A stretch of DNA of 64,000 nucleotides from Nitrospiraceae bacterium (GCA_050246315.1 JBFWWG010000002.1:1-64000), one strand, 5' to 3'. Shown: positions 18,723-29,058, counted from the stretch's first letter. Numbers and translations are program-made. Notes: a model not told the origin generated them from the letters alone.

Positions 18723-19799
18723 TCACAGCGATCCAAACATGTAGCGAACCCCCACTTCGATATTCCAATCGTAGGCGCCGATCAGGTCCCGTCCCCAAAT
18801 GCCGACACCCGGACGAACAAACGCGCCGAGCCGACCGATCAGATTTCGGCCCACCTCGAATTCGAGCGTCATACTGCTTTTCGCGTTTCGCTCCCAATTG
18901 ATTTGCCATACCCCTTGCAGAATTGTCCACCAGCGGTCGGCCCAGATCGTATTGATTTGCACGGATGCCCTGGTGATCTCGACGTCGGCCCGAGCCGGGT
19001 CGCCGCCGACCGAGAGTTGATGTTGAAACACTCCGAAGAGGAACGACTCCCATCGGGGGAGGAACCGGGCTGTGGCAATCAGGGGACCAACGGTGTATTT
19101 CCCCAGGCCTAAGTTAGGCTGATCGGCGGTGGGAAAGGTCGAAAGGACGCCGATGAAGAAGGCGTATTCGGGCGTGTTATAGGCGCGCCACCCCAGCAAG
19201 GCGGACAGGTCGCTCAACCCTTGCGCGGTGGTTGCGCCGGTGCGGTTTGGATCAACCCATTTTAAGAATGGTGTATCCACACGAAACAGCCAATTGCCCC
19301 GGATCGGAAGATCCACGCGGAAGGTGCCATCCCTGGCGTGAGCATCGTTCTGCAGGTTCTGATATTGGGCGGACAGTTGTACCCGGCCGATGATGGCGGT
19401 GGGATCGGTACCATACTTGGCCGCCAACTTTTTCAAACGTTCGGCCTCGGCATGCTCCTCGGCAGTCAATACCGTTGGTCTGAGTCGGGGTGGAAGGAAT
19501 CGAGGTCCCTGTCGAGGCCCCTCCGGTGCTGCCGTTCCCTCCTCATCCCCGCCATCCGCGCTCGGCTCCTGGCCGACCGCTTCAGCCGGTGTTTGTGCTT
19601 CGCTTGTGACATCGGATGACGGTTCGGCAGCCCAGGCCGAATGGATGCCGCTCGTACCACCCATCAGGCAGGACAATCCCATGACTCCGACCGCGATGAC
19701 CCATGCTTTTGTCAGGTCTCGGCAACTCCGGACTCTTGTACTGATCCTCACTTCCACGGCACCTGTGAGACGAAATGACAGAATCTCAAGGGCGGACAC
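18723..19799 (-). CDS. Putative outer-membrane beta-barrel/transporter of the type seen in sulfatase clusters
   Basis: Signal-like N-terminus, GLSDL...FPTADQPNLGLGKYTVGP motif, C-terminal EVGVRYMF strand. Start is uncertain. Confidence 0.65.
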   Translation of the reverse strand: MSALEILSFRLTGAVEVRISTRVRSCRDLTKAWVIAVGVMGLSCLMGGTSGIHSAWAAEPSSDVTSEAQTPAEAVGQEPSADGGDEEGTAAPEGPRQGPRFLPPRLRPTVLTAEEHAEAERLKKLAAKYGTDPTAIIGRVQLSAQYQNLQNDAHARDGTFRVDLPIRGNWLFRVDTPFLKWVDPNRTGATTAQGLSDLSALLGWRAYNTPEYAFFIGVLSTFPTADQPNLGLGKYTVGPLIATARFLPRWESFLFGVFQHQLSVGGDPARADVEITRASVQINTIWADRWWTILQGVWQINWERNAKSSMTLEFEVGRNLIGRLGAFVRPGVGIWGRDLIGAYDWNIEVGVRYMFGSL

Positions 19800-19940
19800 C
19801 TGTTATCCGGCAATGTGACATAAGGAACCGGCGAGGTAACCCGCCTGCGTAGGTATGATACGGTCGATGTCACGAAGAGGATACTGTTAGAAATGACAGT
19901 CCCGCATTCCCGCCTTGCAGGGATACCGCCCGACCACGCG

Positions 19941-21110
19941 CTACTCCGAACGACGACTCAAATAGATCCCGATTCGGTCGAGCAGAGGCGTGGCAATCAT
20001 TGTCAGCGCGATCACCATGGTCCCCAACGCAAATTGAAACGGCGTCGCGACCTTCGATGCGAGTAAGATACCCAACACCACAAAACCGAACTCGCCGCCC
20101 TGCGACATGAGAAATGACAGTCGCACAGCGTCACGATGTCCCATGGATATGGTTCTGGCTGCTAGGTACAGCACGACGACCTTAGCCGTGACGATCACCA
20201 ACACGTGTAGCAGCAGTAAGGCTTTGTGTCCGGTTAGCACGCTCAGGTCCATCGAGAGACCGACGGAAACAAAGAACAACCCCAGCAACAGGTTCTTGAA
20301 CGGCCTGACCTCCTGCTCCACTCCATGTCGATGTGCCGTTCCGGATATGGCCAGACCCATGAGAAAGGCGCCCAGCGTCATCGACAGTCCCGTGCGGGAG
20401 GCCAACCACGCGCTGCCGAGCACCGCGATGAAAATCAGGGCCGTGAAACTCTCGGTCATGTTGTGGTCGAGCGTCCAACGAAACAGCCATGGAAAAATCA
20501 GACGACCCGCGCCGAACAGAAGCAGCATGACTCCGATGTCCGTGCCGACAGCCAACCAAGAGATGGACTCCGCGGAACCGATGCCGGCGAATTCCGGTAT
20601 CAACACCATAATGGGGACGACCGTCAAATCCTGAAACAGCAGGACTCCGAAGGCCGCGCGGCCGTGTTCCTCTTCCATCTCGTGTTTGGCAGTGAGCATT
20701 TGTAGAACCAGTGCGGTGGAGGAGTTGGCGATCACCAGGCCCAGCAGGAGGGCGAGAGACCAGGATGGTTCGAACAAGCGCCAATAGAACATTAGCGCGA
20801 AGCCCGTCAGCAGCAGTTGCAATGTTCCCAGTGCCACGGCATATCGTCGCAGCGACCAGACTTTCCGTAAATCGAGCTCAAGGCCGATGAGAAACAGAAA
20901 GAAGACCACCCCCAGCTCGGAGATCTCCCGCATGCGGTCGATTTGTGTGGGACCCAGCACATGCGAGGAGCCAAAGATGACGCCGGCGAGCAAGAGCCCC
21001 AAGTCGGCGCCCATGCCGAACTTGCGGGCTAGTGGAATCGCCACCGCACTGATCAGAAGCAACAGCGTGATGGCAAGGATGATTTCGTCGAGATGGAAGA
21101 AGGTCCTCAT
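19941..21110 (-). CDS. CPA2-family cation:proton antiporter (KefB/KefC-like membrane domain only)
   Basis: SELGVVFFLFLIGLEL, SSTALVL, GVLLFQDL, LGAFLMG, PFKNLLLGLFFVSVG, SQGGEFGFV. Confidence 0.88.
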   Translation of the reverse strand: MRTFFHLDEIILAITLLLLISAVAIPLARKFGMGADLGLLLAGVIFGSSHVLGPTQIDRMREISELGVVFFLFLIGLELDLRKVWSLRRYAVALGTLQLLLTGFALMFYWRLFEPSWSLALLLGLVIANSSTALVLQMLTAKHEMEEEHGRAAFGVLLFQDLTVVPIMVLIPEFAGIGSAESISWLAVGTDIGVMLLLFGAGRLIFPWLFRWTLDHNMTESFTALIFIAVLGSAWLASRTGLSMTLGAFLMGLAISGTAHRHGVEQEVRPFKNLLLGLFFVSVGLSMDLSVLTGHKALLLLHVLVIVTAKVVVLYLAARTISMGHRDAVRLSFLMSQGGEFGFVVLGILLASKVATPFQFALGTMVIALTMIATPLLDRIGIYLSRRSE

Positions 21111-21391
21111 CGGCTCCCCCGTGCGGCGCGGTAGGATACGCGATGACGATACGCTTGTGAAGGGCCACTATCGCCGTTCCAACATTTCTTCAAAGGTACA
21201 AGGTACGATGAGTCGCCGGGTCGTATTCGCATCAGGTCGCTGCGGCCGGACACGGGATCATTGCCGGCCACGCCTGTTTGGTCCGTTGGTTCTGCGGGAG
21301 TGGTCGTGGACGCGGCAGAGGTAGATGGGAAGGTCATGGAATCGAACGCCGGAATCGATCGTGATCGGATCCAGGCCCGTTCCCCTGACAG

Positions 21392-21419
21392 TTGACGGCG
21401 ACCACCATTACCCTATAAT
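21392..21419 (+). promoter_or_regulatory. Sigma70-like promoter
   Basis: TTGACG(21392-21397)-N16-TATAAT(21414-21419), upstream of the plus-strand SYLF gene. Confidence 0.55.
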
Positions 21420-21789
21420 GATTTGGTTTTCGAATCGGGGCCGTCGATTCGACCTGCCTCGACGAAGAGCCATGGTTATGGTTGCGGCTTCATTCATTCA
21501 CCGACGGGGTTGTGCAAGAACTCGAGCCGCTCACACTTCAAGCGGCCGAAGGCGCCCTTGGTGCGATGTCGGATGAATACGAGCAGGAGGACGTTCTGAT
21601 CTCACCGATCACCGTCGATCGTTCAGAAGATCGGATCGACAGACTTCACGAAATGGCTGACCGGCTGCTCGTTCGATTCGATGACTTTCGCCGGTGCGTG
21701 CCGCGCCTAGGCGGCAGGTCGTCCTCGACATCTCCGGCTACATATTCGCGCGTTCGACCGTCGAGGCTTTCGTGCCCGTTGGAGGACTG

Positions 21790-22539
21790 ATGGAGACCCA
21801 ATTTTTCTCAGAGATCAGGAATTCCAGTCGAGCGAAACGATGGGCCTCCGGCCATCCGGCCTGCTGGGCGCTTGCGTGCTGTCTCATGATGAGCGCCTGT
21901 TCGGGACAGGGTTCTCAAACCGCAACCGAAATCAGTCGTGAGCAACGATTTGTCAGCGCTGCCGCGGGCACGGTGCAGGCCTTCGCCCACGATCCCGATA
22001 TGGGCGAGTTTCGCGCTCTGGCGAAGCGCGCACGTGCCATGCTGATCGTTCCCGAGGCGGTGCGGGCTGCCTTCCTCCTCGGGCTGGAGTCAGGCGGAGG
22101 AGTCCTCGTCGTTCGCGGTGCCGAACACAGGGCCTGGCGCGGTCCCGCCTTCTATGCCCTTGACGGCGCCAGCATCGGACTGCAGATGGGAGCCGATGCG
22201 TCTGAGATCATTTGTCTGGTGATGACCGATCGAGGGTTGCAATCTTTTTACAAATCCTCGCTGAAAATCGGTGCCGACGCCAGTATCGCCGCCGGATCGG
22301 ACGGGAGCCGCATCGGAGCCGATGTTTCTCCGCGTTTGAGCTCCGATCTTATCGTCTTTGCTCGGTCCAAGGGCGCGTTCATGGGTCTGTCACTGCAAGA
22401 TGTGGTCGTACGAGTTGCGGATTCGGCCAATGCCGCATACTACGGCAGGTCGCTCCGTCCGGCTGAGATTTTCGAAATGGAGATGGCGTCCCCTCACCCT
22501 CCGGATCTTCTGCAAGCGGTGGATACCCTCACACGATAG
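21790..22539 (+). CDS. SYLF/Ysc84-domain lipoprotein (paralog 5)
   Basis: RBS GGAGG, lipobox MMSAC, WRGPAFY, SIGLQMGAD, ARSKGAFMG, ANAAYYG. Confidence 0.85.
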   Translation: METQFFSEIRNSSRAKRWASGHPACWALACCLMMSACSGQGSQTATEISREQRFVSAAAGTVQAFAHDPDMGEFRALAKRARAMLIVPEAVRAAFLLGLESGGGVLVVRGAEHRAWRGPAFYALDGASIGLQMGADASEIICLVMTDRGLQSFYKSSLKIGADASIAAGSDGSRIGADVSPRLSSDLIVFARSKGAFMGLSLQDVVVRVADSANAAYYGRSLRPAEIFEMEMASPHPPDLLQAVDTLTR

Positions 22540-23110
22540 CGACCAACCACACTGTTCATTGGAAGATTCTCTATCCTGCTGCAACGTTTGATGTAGGCAG
22601 GCCGATCACATTGCGGCGTCTCGGACGTTCGCGTGAGCGACGAGCTTCCCTGCACGAGATCCTCTTGTGTGAGGCGCTTGATACGGATGCGTGCCATCCC
22701 CAAGAGAACTCCTCTCTCATTTTCTCAGGGTTGTGCAACCCGCCTTCCGGACGGCGCTCCTCTCTCCGGCTGCAGGTCTAACGAGAGGACGTGTGCCGAC
22801 CTCGCCGCCTCCCGAAGGGGTGGTCGCGGTGGTCTTCGGGCAGTCCAACAGCGTCTGTCGCTGCCCTGTCAATGGTGGTGAACGACCGACGGACTCTGGT
22901 ATGCGACCATTAAAGTAAAGCCGATTCCGCGTTGACTCCGCTTTGCGGACGACGGGCATCTATTGGTTGCTGCGGTCGATCTGCCCGCCGTCAGGATAGT
23001 CGAAGGAGGTCGGTCAATTGGGTCCTCCCACCTCTTGCGCTAGGGCAGTTCGGATGCGTATATTAGTACTAATAATCGTTCTCAAGAGTCCCATCGAGGA
23101 CCCATGATGG

Positions 23111-23330
23111 ATGTCGGAAGTGATCGAGCAACAACTTCAGTTTTTCGGCGATTCCCACCGGAGCCTCTCCGTGTCCATTGTCGTTCCCGTCCTGATCGGT
23201 ACCGATTCTTTCGTGGAATGCCTTCCTAGGTTGCACGCGCTCGATCCCTCCCCTCTCGTGAGTCTTATCGTTTTGGACGGCGTTCTCGACGGCATTTTCC
23301 CTGGAAACCTTGAGTTACTGGTGCGAGAGG
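23111..23330 (+). pseudogene. Degenerate family-2 glycosyltransferase N-terminus
   Basis: LSVSIVVPVLIG...CLPRL...LIVLDGVLDG echoes GT2 SIVVPxxN...IVVDDGSxD; similarity is lost afterwards. Confidence 0.5.
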
Positions 23331-23543
23331 CTTGGGGCGCAGCCGACGCCTCGGTTTGTCCCCGCGGCTGTCGATGGGCAAGGTGCCAAGGTCGAGGATC
23401 GGTCGATCTGATGCCGCCGTCGGAGGAAGACAACCAGATGATGTTACCCACCCAATCCAAGGCTAGCTGGCAGCAAGGGTCACACGCAGTGGAAGATCGG
23501 GTCTCTGGATCCTCCACAACAATGAGGATGATGAGGAGTCACC

Positions 23544-24638
23544 ATGACGTCGCCGCATGAGGTCAATCTCGGGTTGATTGGGTGTGGCTGGGTGACGCAG
23601 CGCTGGCATGTTCCGGCGCTGAAGCGGATTCCGGACGTCCGGGTGCTCGCCGTGACCGATCTGATCGAGAGCGAGGCCCGACGTGTTGCCTCGCACTTTG
23701 GGAGTACAGTCTGTCGTAGCGCCGAAGAGGTCATCTGCCATCCAGGGGTGCAGGCCGTGGCCATCTGTGTGCCGCCTGCCTTGCACGTCCCTATTGCCTT
23801 GGCCGCGATCGCGGAGGGAAAAGGCGTATTCATTGAGAAACCGCTTGCTCTGTCGCACGACCAGATCGAAACCCTCATGGAACAGGCGGCACTCATGCGT
23901 GTGCCGGCCGTGGTCGGGTACAACCTTCGCTGGCATCCGTCAGTTCTACGGATGAAGGCCGCCATCGAAGCCGGCTCCCTCGGCAAGGTGCTGCTGATCC
24001 GATCTCTCTTTACGAACCCGGTGTACCGGGATGCTGAGCTGCCTCGATGGCGGCGATACCGTGCCGAAGGCGGCGGAGTGCTGCACGACCTCGCCGCTCA
24101 CCACGTCGATCTCTGGCGATTTCTTTTTTCGGCTGAGGTGGCTGAGATCGATGCGACTGCGGTCGACGGCGTTGGTCAGGACGAGACGGCTGTGCTCACG
24201 GCGAAGCTAACCAATGGAGGCGTGATCTCGGCCGCGTTTTCAGCGGGAACGACCGATGCTCAGGAGTTGGAGGTCTACGGGACACACGGGCGACTTCACT
24301 TCTCGTGCTACAGCACCGAGGGACCGGTCTGGCAGCCGACTCGTGCGTTTGGGTTGCGACACCGGCTGACGATGATCGGGCGCCGCCTTCGCACCGTGCC
24401 GGTGGAAATCGCCGCGTGGTGCGGGCGAGACCAGATGGCCGAGTCCTATCGAGCACAGTGGCGTCATGTGGCCCGATGTGTCCGGGGCGAGGAGGTCAGC
24501 CGCTGTACGCTCGATGACGGGCGTCGGGCCCTGGACATTGTGTCGGCCGCGATCGTGTCGGCGGATGCGCGGCGTCATCCTGCATCTCACTGCCAACCGA
24601 TAGAAGGACTGTCCAATGTCGACTCCACACGCATGTGA
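23544..24638 (+). CDS. Gfo/Idh/MocA-family oxidoreductase
   Basis: GLIGCG Rossmann motif, VFIEKPLA, GYNLRW, GGGVLHDLAAHHVD. Confidence 0.92.
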   Translation: MTSPHEVNLGLIGCGWVTQRWHVPALKRIPDVRVLAVTDLIESEARRVASHFGSTVCRSAEEVICHPGVQAVAICVPPALHVPIALAAIAEGKGVFIEKPLALSHDQIETLMEQAALMRVPAVVGYNLRWHPSVLRMKAAIEAGSLGKVLLIRSLFTNPVYRDAELPRWRRYRAEGGGVLHDLAAHHVDLWRFLFSAEVAEIDATAVDGVGQDETAVLTAKLTNGGVISAAFSAGTTDAQELEVYGTHGRLHFSCYSTEGPVWQPTRAFGLRHRLTMIGRRLRTVPVEIAAWCGRDQMAESYRAQWRHVARCVRGEEVSRCTLDDGRRALDIVSAAIVSADARRHPASHCQPIEGLSNVDSTRM

Positions 24639-24765
24639 CATCTCGATCGATCTCCTGACCTTGGAGAGTTGCGAGATTCGAATGACGGGTCGTCGTCTTG
24701 GGGTTCGCTCCAGGCTGTCTGGTGACCGATAGCAATAGGGAGTGTCACAGGACCGCTGCTGATCA

Positions 24766-25548
24766 ATGACACCATTTCAACGACACGCCAATCAACTGAG
24801 AAGCAGGCGTCTGTCCGACGAAAAAGCGGATCTTGCTCATGTCGTGCGGACGGATCAGCCATTGGTTCAGAAGGCACCGCTGGCGCTGCTCTTCTGGGTC
24901 ACGCTCCCTCTCTGGATGGGCTGGGTCACTTTCAGCCTTTACTACGACGACACCCGTGCGGCTGCCTATACCGTTGAAAACGGAATGCTCCAAAACGTCA
25001 CAGTAGCTGGCTACCTGATAGCCGCAGCCTTCTTCGCTCGCACATGGCAACACACATCGTCGCACTTTCCCATGCGCCGGTGGTCGCTCATCCTGCTCGC
25101 GGTCGGATCTGCCTTAGTGGCTCTCGAAGAAGTCAATTGGGGTCAATCGTTTCTGCACTACTCGACTCCCGCGATCCTGGAGCGGACGAATATTCAGCAG
25201 GAAGTGAGCTTGCACAATCTTGAGCTGCCCGGTCCCTTTGCCGGTCGACACTGGTCCAACGAAATCTTGTGGTTGTTGACGGTGCTGGGCGGGATCGTGC
25301 TCCCCATCTTGCTCTTAACGAGCGCTTCCTTGAGACGTCTTATGCACAGTCACGCGCTTCCGGTTCCGCCTCGGGTGGTCCAGGCGTACTTCTTCGCCGC
25401 TGCCATCATTCCGAAGGATGGCTCGCTGCTCGGCCAACTAAGCCGAGACAACATCCCCTCGGAGCTTCGTGAGGTGACGGTCGCCATTGCGATTGCGATC
25501 TGGGCGTGGGCCGCGTGTCGGTCTGTGAAGAGCCACGGAGCAGCGTGA
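24766..25548 (+). CDS. Multi-pass membrane protein of unknown function
   Basis: Several TM segments; ENGMLQN and EEVNWGQ...NIQQEVSLHN motifs. Confidence 0.7.
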   Translation: MTPFQRHANQLRSRRLSDEKADLAHVVRTDQPLVQKAPLALLFWVTLPLWMGWVTFSLYYDDTRAAAYTVENGMLQNVTVAGYLIAAAFFARTWQHTSSHFPMRRWSLILLAVGSALVALEEVNWGQSFLHYSTPAILERTNIQQEVSLHNLELPGPFAGRHWSNEILWLLTVLGGIVLPILLLTSASLRRLMHSHALPVPPRVVQAYFFAAAIIPKDGSLLGQLSRDNIPSELREVTVAIAIAIWAWAACRSVKSHGAA

Positions 25549-25576
25549 TGATCGCCGAGCCCTCTTTCACACACGG

Positions 25577-27169
25577 ATGCTGACCAGCATGCTGTACACC
25601 GCCTACTCGAGACTTCGCGTACTTCCCTCGCATGTGGTCGTGCCACCGCTCTTTTTCCTTCTTGCGACGATGATCCTCGCCCATCACGAAATGTGGCGAG
25701 ACGAGTTGCAGGCATGGGGACTCGTTGTTGCGAGTCACTCGCTGATCGAGCTGTTCGCGAACTTGCGTCAAGAAGGCCACCCTGCCCTCTGGTACCTCCT
25801 CCTCTATGGTCCAAGTCGGCTGTCCTCCGATCCGATCCTCATGCAAGGACTGCACGTTCTGATTGCGACCGGGGCCGTGTATGTCTTCTGCCGCTTCAGC
25901 CCCTTTACCCTGATTCAAAAACTGAGTGTCGTATTCGGGTATTACCTGCTTTACGAGTATGCGGTGATCAGCCGCAGCTATGTGCTTGGAGTGGCGATTC
26001 TCTTTGTCTATTGCACGGCTCGGTCTCGCGTCCCGCGTGGCAGCCTCTGGCTCGCCCTCCTCCTGGCTTTGCTATTGAACACCAACGCCTATGTGGCGCT
26101 GATAGCAGGAGGATTGGCGACCCTCGATGTCTTCGACCTGATCCGCGATCCCGTGGTCGGCGGTCGAGATCGGATTCGTCGTCTCGCGTGGTTTCTCTCC
26201 GTGGTGGTCCTCGGCGCCTGGTTGGCCGTCGCCCAGGCCTTTCCTCCTCCGGAGATGCAAACACGAATGTTGAAATGGAATGCATCGAAAGATACTCATC
26301 AGATTGAAGGCTCACTTACGCGCGTGTGGAAGGGATATGTACCCATTCCTCAGCCCACACTCAAGTTCTGGAATAGCAATGTGCTGGATGGCGTCGAGTT
26401 GTCTCTCGGACCGTGGCGGTTCTCTTCCCGTTCGCTCCAGGCGACTCTCTCCGTCGGGCTCCTGCTACTGGGCTTGTACCTGCTCCTGCCGACAAGAAAG
26501 TGGCTCGTCGTCTATGGCGCGATGACGGCCGCACTGCTCGCCTTTATGCAGTTGAAATATGTAGGCATTCGGCACGGCGGTCACCTCTTCGTCGTTCTGC
26601 TCGCCTCACTCTGGTTGGCCGCTACGGAAAAGCGGACGGCGTCACTCGAATGCCGATCATGGCTGGCTCGCTCGCTGCTCACGCTGCTATTGTTGGCCCA
26701 AATACCGGCTGCTGCCATCGCGATCCGAGCCGATGTGGCCTATGTATTCTCTCCTGCGCAAGCCGTGGCCGACTATACGCGTAAGACCGACCTGATCAAT
26801 CTTCCGATTCTTGCCAGCCGAGATTGGATGGCTCTACCCGTCGCGGTGTATCTGAATCATCCGATCCATCATGCGGAAAGCGATACCATAGGGACGTTCT
26901 GGCGATGGACCCCTGGACGGCGCCATCTCACGCCGGATGAATTGCTGGAGAAGGCGGATCAGCTCAGCGCAGAGCGGGGGGCGGCTGTCCTCTTGATCGC
27001 AAACTATAATCTCCCAACCCGTGAAGACGGTTTCGTCAAATTGGCATCCTTCGATCAGCAGATCATCACTGATGAGCGCTATCACCTCTATCTGCGATGC
27101 CCTTCTCCTCTCGCCTACTCCACGACCAACGCCTGTCACAGCCTCTCTCCAATCGCGATGGCGCCATGA
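25577..27169 (+). CDS. Polytopic membrane protein, GT-C-fold glycosyltransferase-like
   Basis: HHEMWRDELQAW first-loop acidic motif, EGHPALWY, YEYAVISRSY, about 10 TM segments. Confidence 0.65.
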   Translation: MLTSMLYTAYSRLRVLPSHVVVPPLFFLLATMILAHHEMWRDELQAWGLVVASHSLIELFANLRQEGHPALWYLLLYGPSRLSSDPILMQGLHVLIATGAVYVFCRFSPFTLIQKLSVVFGYYLLYEYAVISRSYVLGVAILFVYCTARSRVPRGSLWLALLLALLLNTNAYVALIAGGLATLDVFDLIRDPVVGGRDRIRRLAWFLSVVVLGAWLAVAQAFPPPEMQTRMLKWNASKDTHQIEGSLTRVWKGYVPIPQPTLKFWNSNVLDGVELSLGPWRFSSRSLQATLSVGLLLLGLYLLLPTRKWLVVYGAMTAALLAFMQLKYVGIRHGGHLFVVLLASLWLAATEKRTASLECRSWLARSLLTLLLLAQIPAAAIAIRADVAYVFSPAQAVADYTRKTDLINLPILASRDWMALPVAVYLNHPIHHAESDTIGTFWRWTPGRRHLTPDELLEKADQLSAERGAAVLLIANYNLPTREDGFVKLASFDQQIITDERYHLYLRCPSPLAYSTTNACHSLSPIAMAP

Positions 27170-28114
27170 AGGTGCCGCCTCGTGTGATGACCTGCCAAGA
27201 TGACGCTATCCCATCAGAGTGCGTCACCAAACTCGGCGTAACTGTGCTTGGGAGAGCCTGGGCTAGGAAATTGCTCTTATGGCCTCACCCGATCAACGCA
27301 AGGGCATGAGGCATGAGGGGCGGTCCAACAGCGCGCAACCATTCAACATCATGATGCACCCGTCTTTGGGGTCGAGCCCCAATGGATATTCGCGCATGGG
27401 GTTCTGATGAAGAACGCGCCATCCGATGGTCATGCCTGCGAGCGGGGGCTCATGAGGGAGGTTCGACCGGTCACTCCATCATCTCCTACGATTCGCAATC
27501 CCTCATACAAAGGAAACATCCTCCATCGTGCTCCGCTCAGAAGGAATGGATCGTCGCCTGATAGCAGATCCGGTGATCAGCCGCATCCAGAGGCTACGGG
27601 CCTGCGGTGGGCCCCAAGGCGCTCAACGCTTTATCGAGCCCTATCTAGCTTGGAGCGCCGTGTCCCGACTACCGGTGGCATCCAAGCGATGCGCCATGTG
27701 CTGCAACACCAAACGGGGGCCATGCGTCAACAAGGGGTGGGGGAGACCTCCCGCGCTTTGTGATCCGCCCCAGTCGGTGGGTGCTGCTGGAATGTTGGTG
27801 TGGCACCAAGGCCAACCGAGCGTCCGGCTGGTACCCGCCCTTGAAGGGCCGGGCGTCATCGACGGCTGCGGCCTAGGCCGTGGAGATTAGGGTGTTACCA
27901 GTCTCGCGCCAAGCACCTGGGGCCAGACTCTGGTTTACGAGCGCCGTGCCTTCGACGACCAGGAGCCGTCGGGCGCGATGGACGACTCTCTTAAGCATCC
28001 TGTACCGGGGAGAGCATGACAGTTGTCTCGGACGTGCTGCCAGTGGTGGCCAGAGAGATCAAAAGCAGTTTTTCCATCGCCTGCTCGAACATCTGGGAGA
28101 TGACGAATGACCGG

Positions 28115-28984
28115 TTATTCACCTGGCGGAGTACGGGCCATGGACAGAGTAGAAAAATGGTGGATACTGATGGCGGCGGCGGAAGCTACGTTGAGGGATT
28201 CGACAGCCGCGTTGAGGGGGATGTAAAAGCGAACGTGACAGGTCTGCTGGACCTGTTCTGATAAACCACGGCTCTCGTTGCCGAAGACCAAAACGGTTCT
28301 TGTCGGCCTTCGCGTAATAGACGACAACGGGATTGCGCCTTGAGGGTTTGAATCGGCAGCAAACCAGGAGAGGTCGCTGGAAGGTAATGAGGAGATCTCG
28401 ACGTCTCGACAGGTCGGAATGGTCAGGATGGTGCCGGCCGAAGCCCGTACGACTTTCGGGCTAAAGATGTCTGCGCAGCCGGGGCTCAGCCAAATGCCAC
28501 TGAGCCCAAATCCTGCGGCAGTCCGAACCAGTGAGCCGACGTTGGTAGGATCTTGGACGGAGTCAAGGTATATGGCAAGCAGGGATGATCGGCCGGAAAA
28601 ATTGGTCGCGTTCCAGATCGGCTGTCTGACGATGGCAAGGGCCTCTTGAGCGGTTTGCGTATCGGATAGGCGGTCCAAGGTTTCTCGAGAACACTGATAA
28701 AGCCGAAAATGCGGAGCCGCCCTGGAGGTGAAGAGGATCTCCTGGTGCCGGGTCAGAAAATCAGGCGTAAGAAGGAGGGCTTCAATTTGGTCGGCTTTCC
28801 GAGCCAGGAGCTCCAGGATCTGCTTGGTCGTATCGACGATAAAGCATCGCTCCTGATCTCGAAAAGATTTGCTTCGGGCGAGCGCCCGCACACGTTTGGC
28901 AACCGATTGAGAAACGCTTGTGTGGACGGTACGATTCAATTCTGAGGAAGGTAAAGAGAGAGCGCCAGGCGAAGTACGTACCAC
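28115..28984 (-). CDS. TrmH/SpoU-family RNA methyltransferase
   Basis: LDSVQDPTNVGSLVRTA, FGNESRGLS, VESLNVASAAAI. Start is uncertain. Confidence 0.9.
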   Translation of the reverse strand: MVRTSPGALSLPSSELNRTVHTSVSQSVAKRVRALARSKSFRDQERCFIVDTTKQILELLARKADQIEALLLTPDFLTRHQEILFTSRAAPHFRLYQCSRETLDRLSDTQTAQEALAIVRQPIWNATNFSGRSSLLAIYLDSVQDPTNVGSLVRTAAGFGLSGIWLSPGCADIFSPKVVRASAGTILTIPTCRDVEISSLPSSDLSWFAADSNPQGAIPLSSITRRPTRTVLVFGNESRGLSEQVQQTCHVRFYIPLNAAVESLNVASAAAISIHHFSTLSMARTPPGE

Positions 28985-29058
28985 ACTGGGCAGCGCGACG
29001 GTCGTGGTTATGGAAGGAGGTGCTAATCCATGCCTGGGTGGTAGATATCCTTCTCGGT

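Noticed and set aside
27170..28110. Possible transposase or integrase remnant at the island's right edge
   Set aside because: About 0.9 kb without a convincing ORF; I found no recognisable catalytic motif or terminal repeat. BLASTX would be needed.
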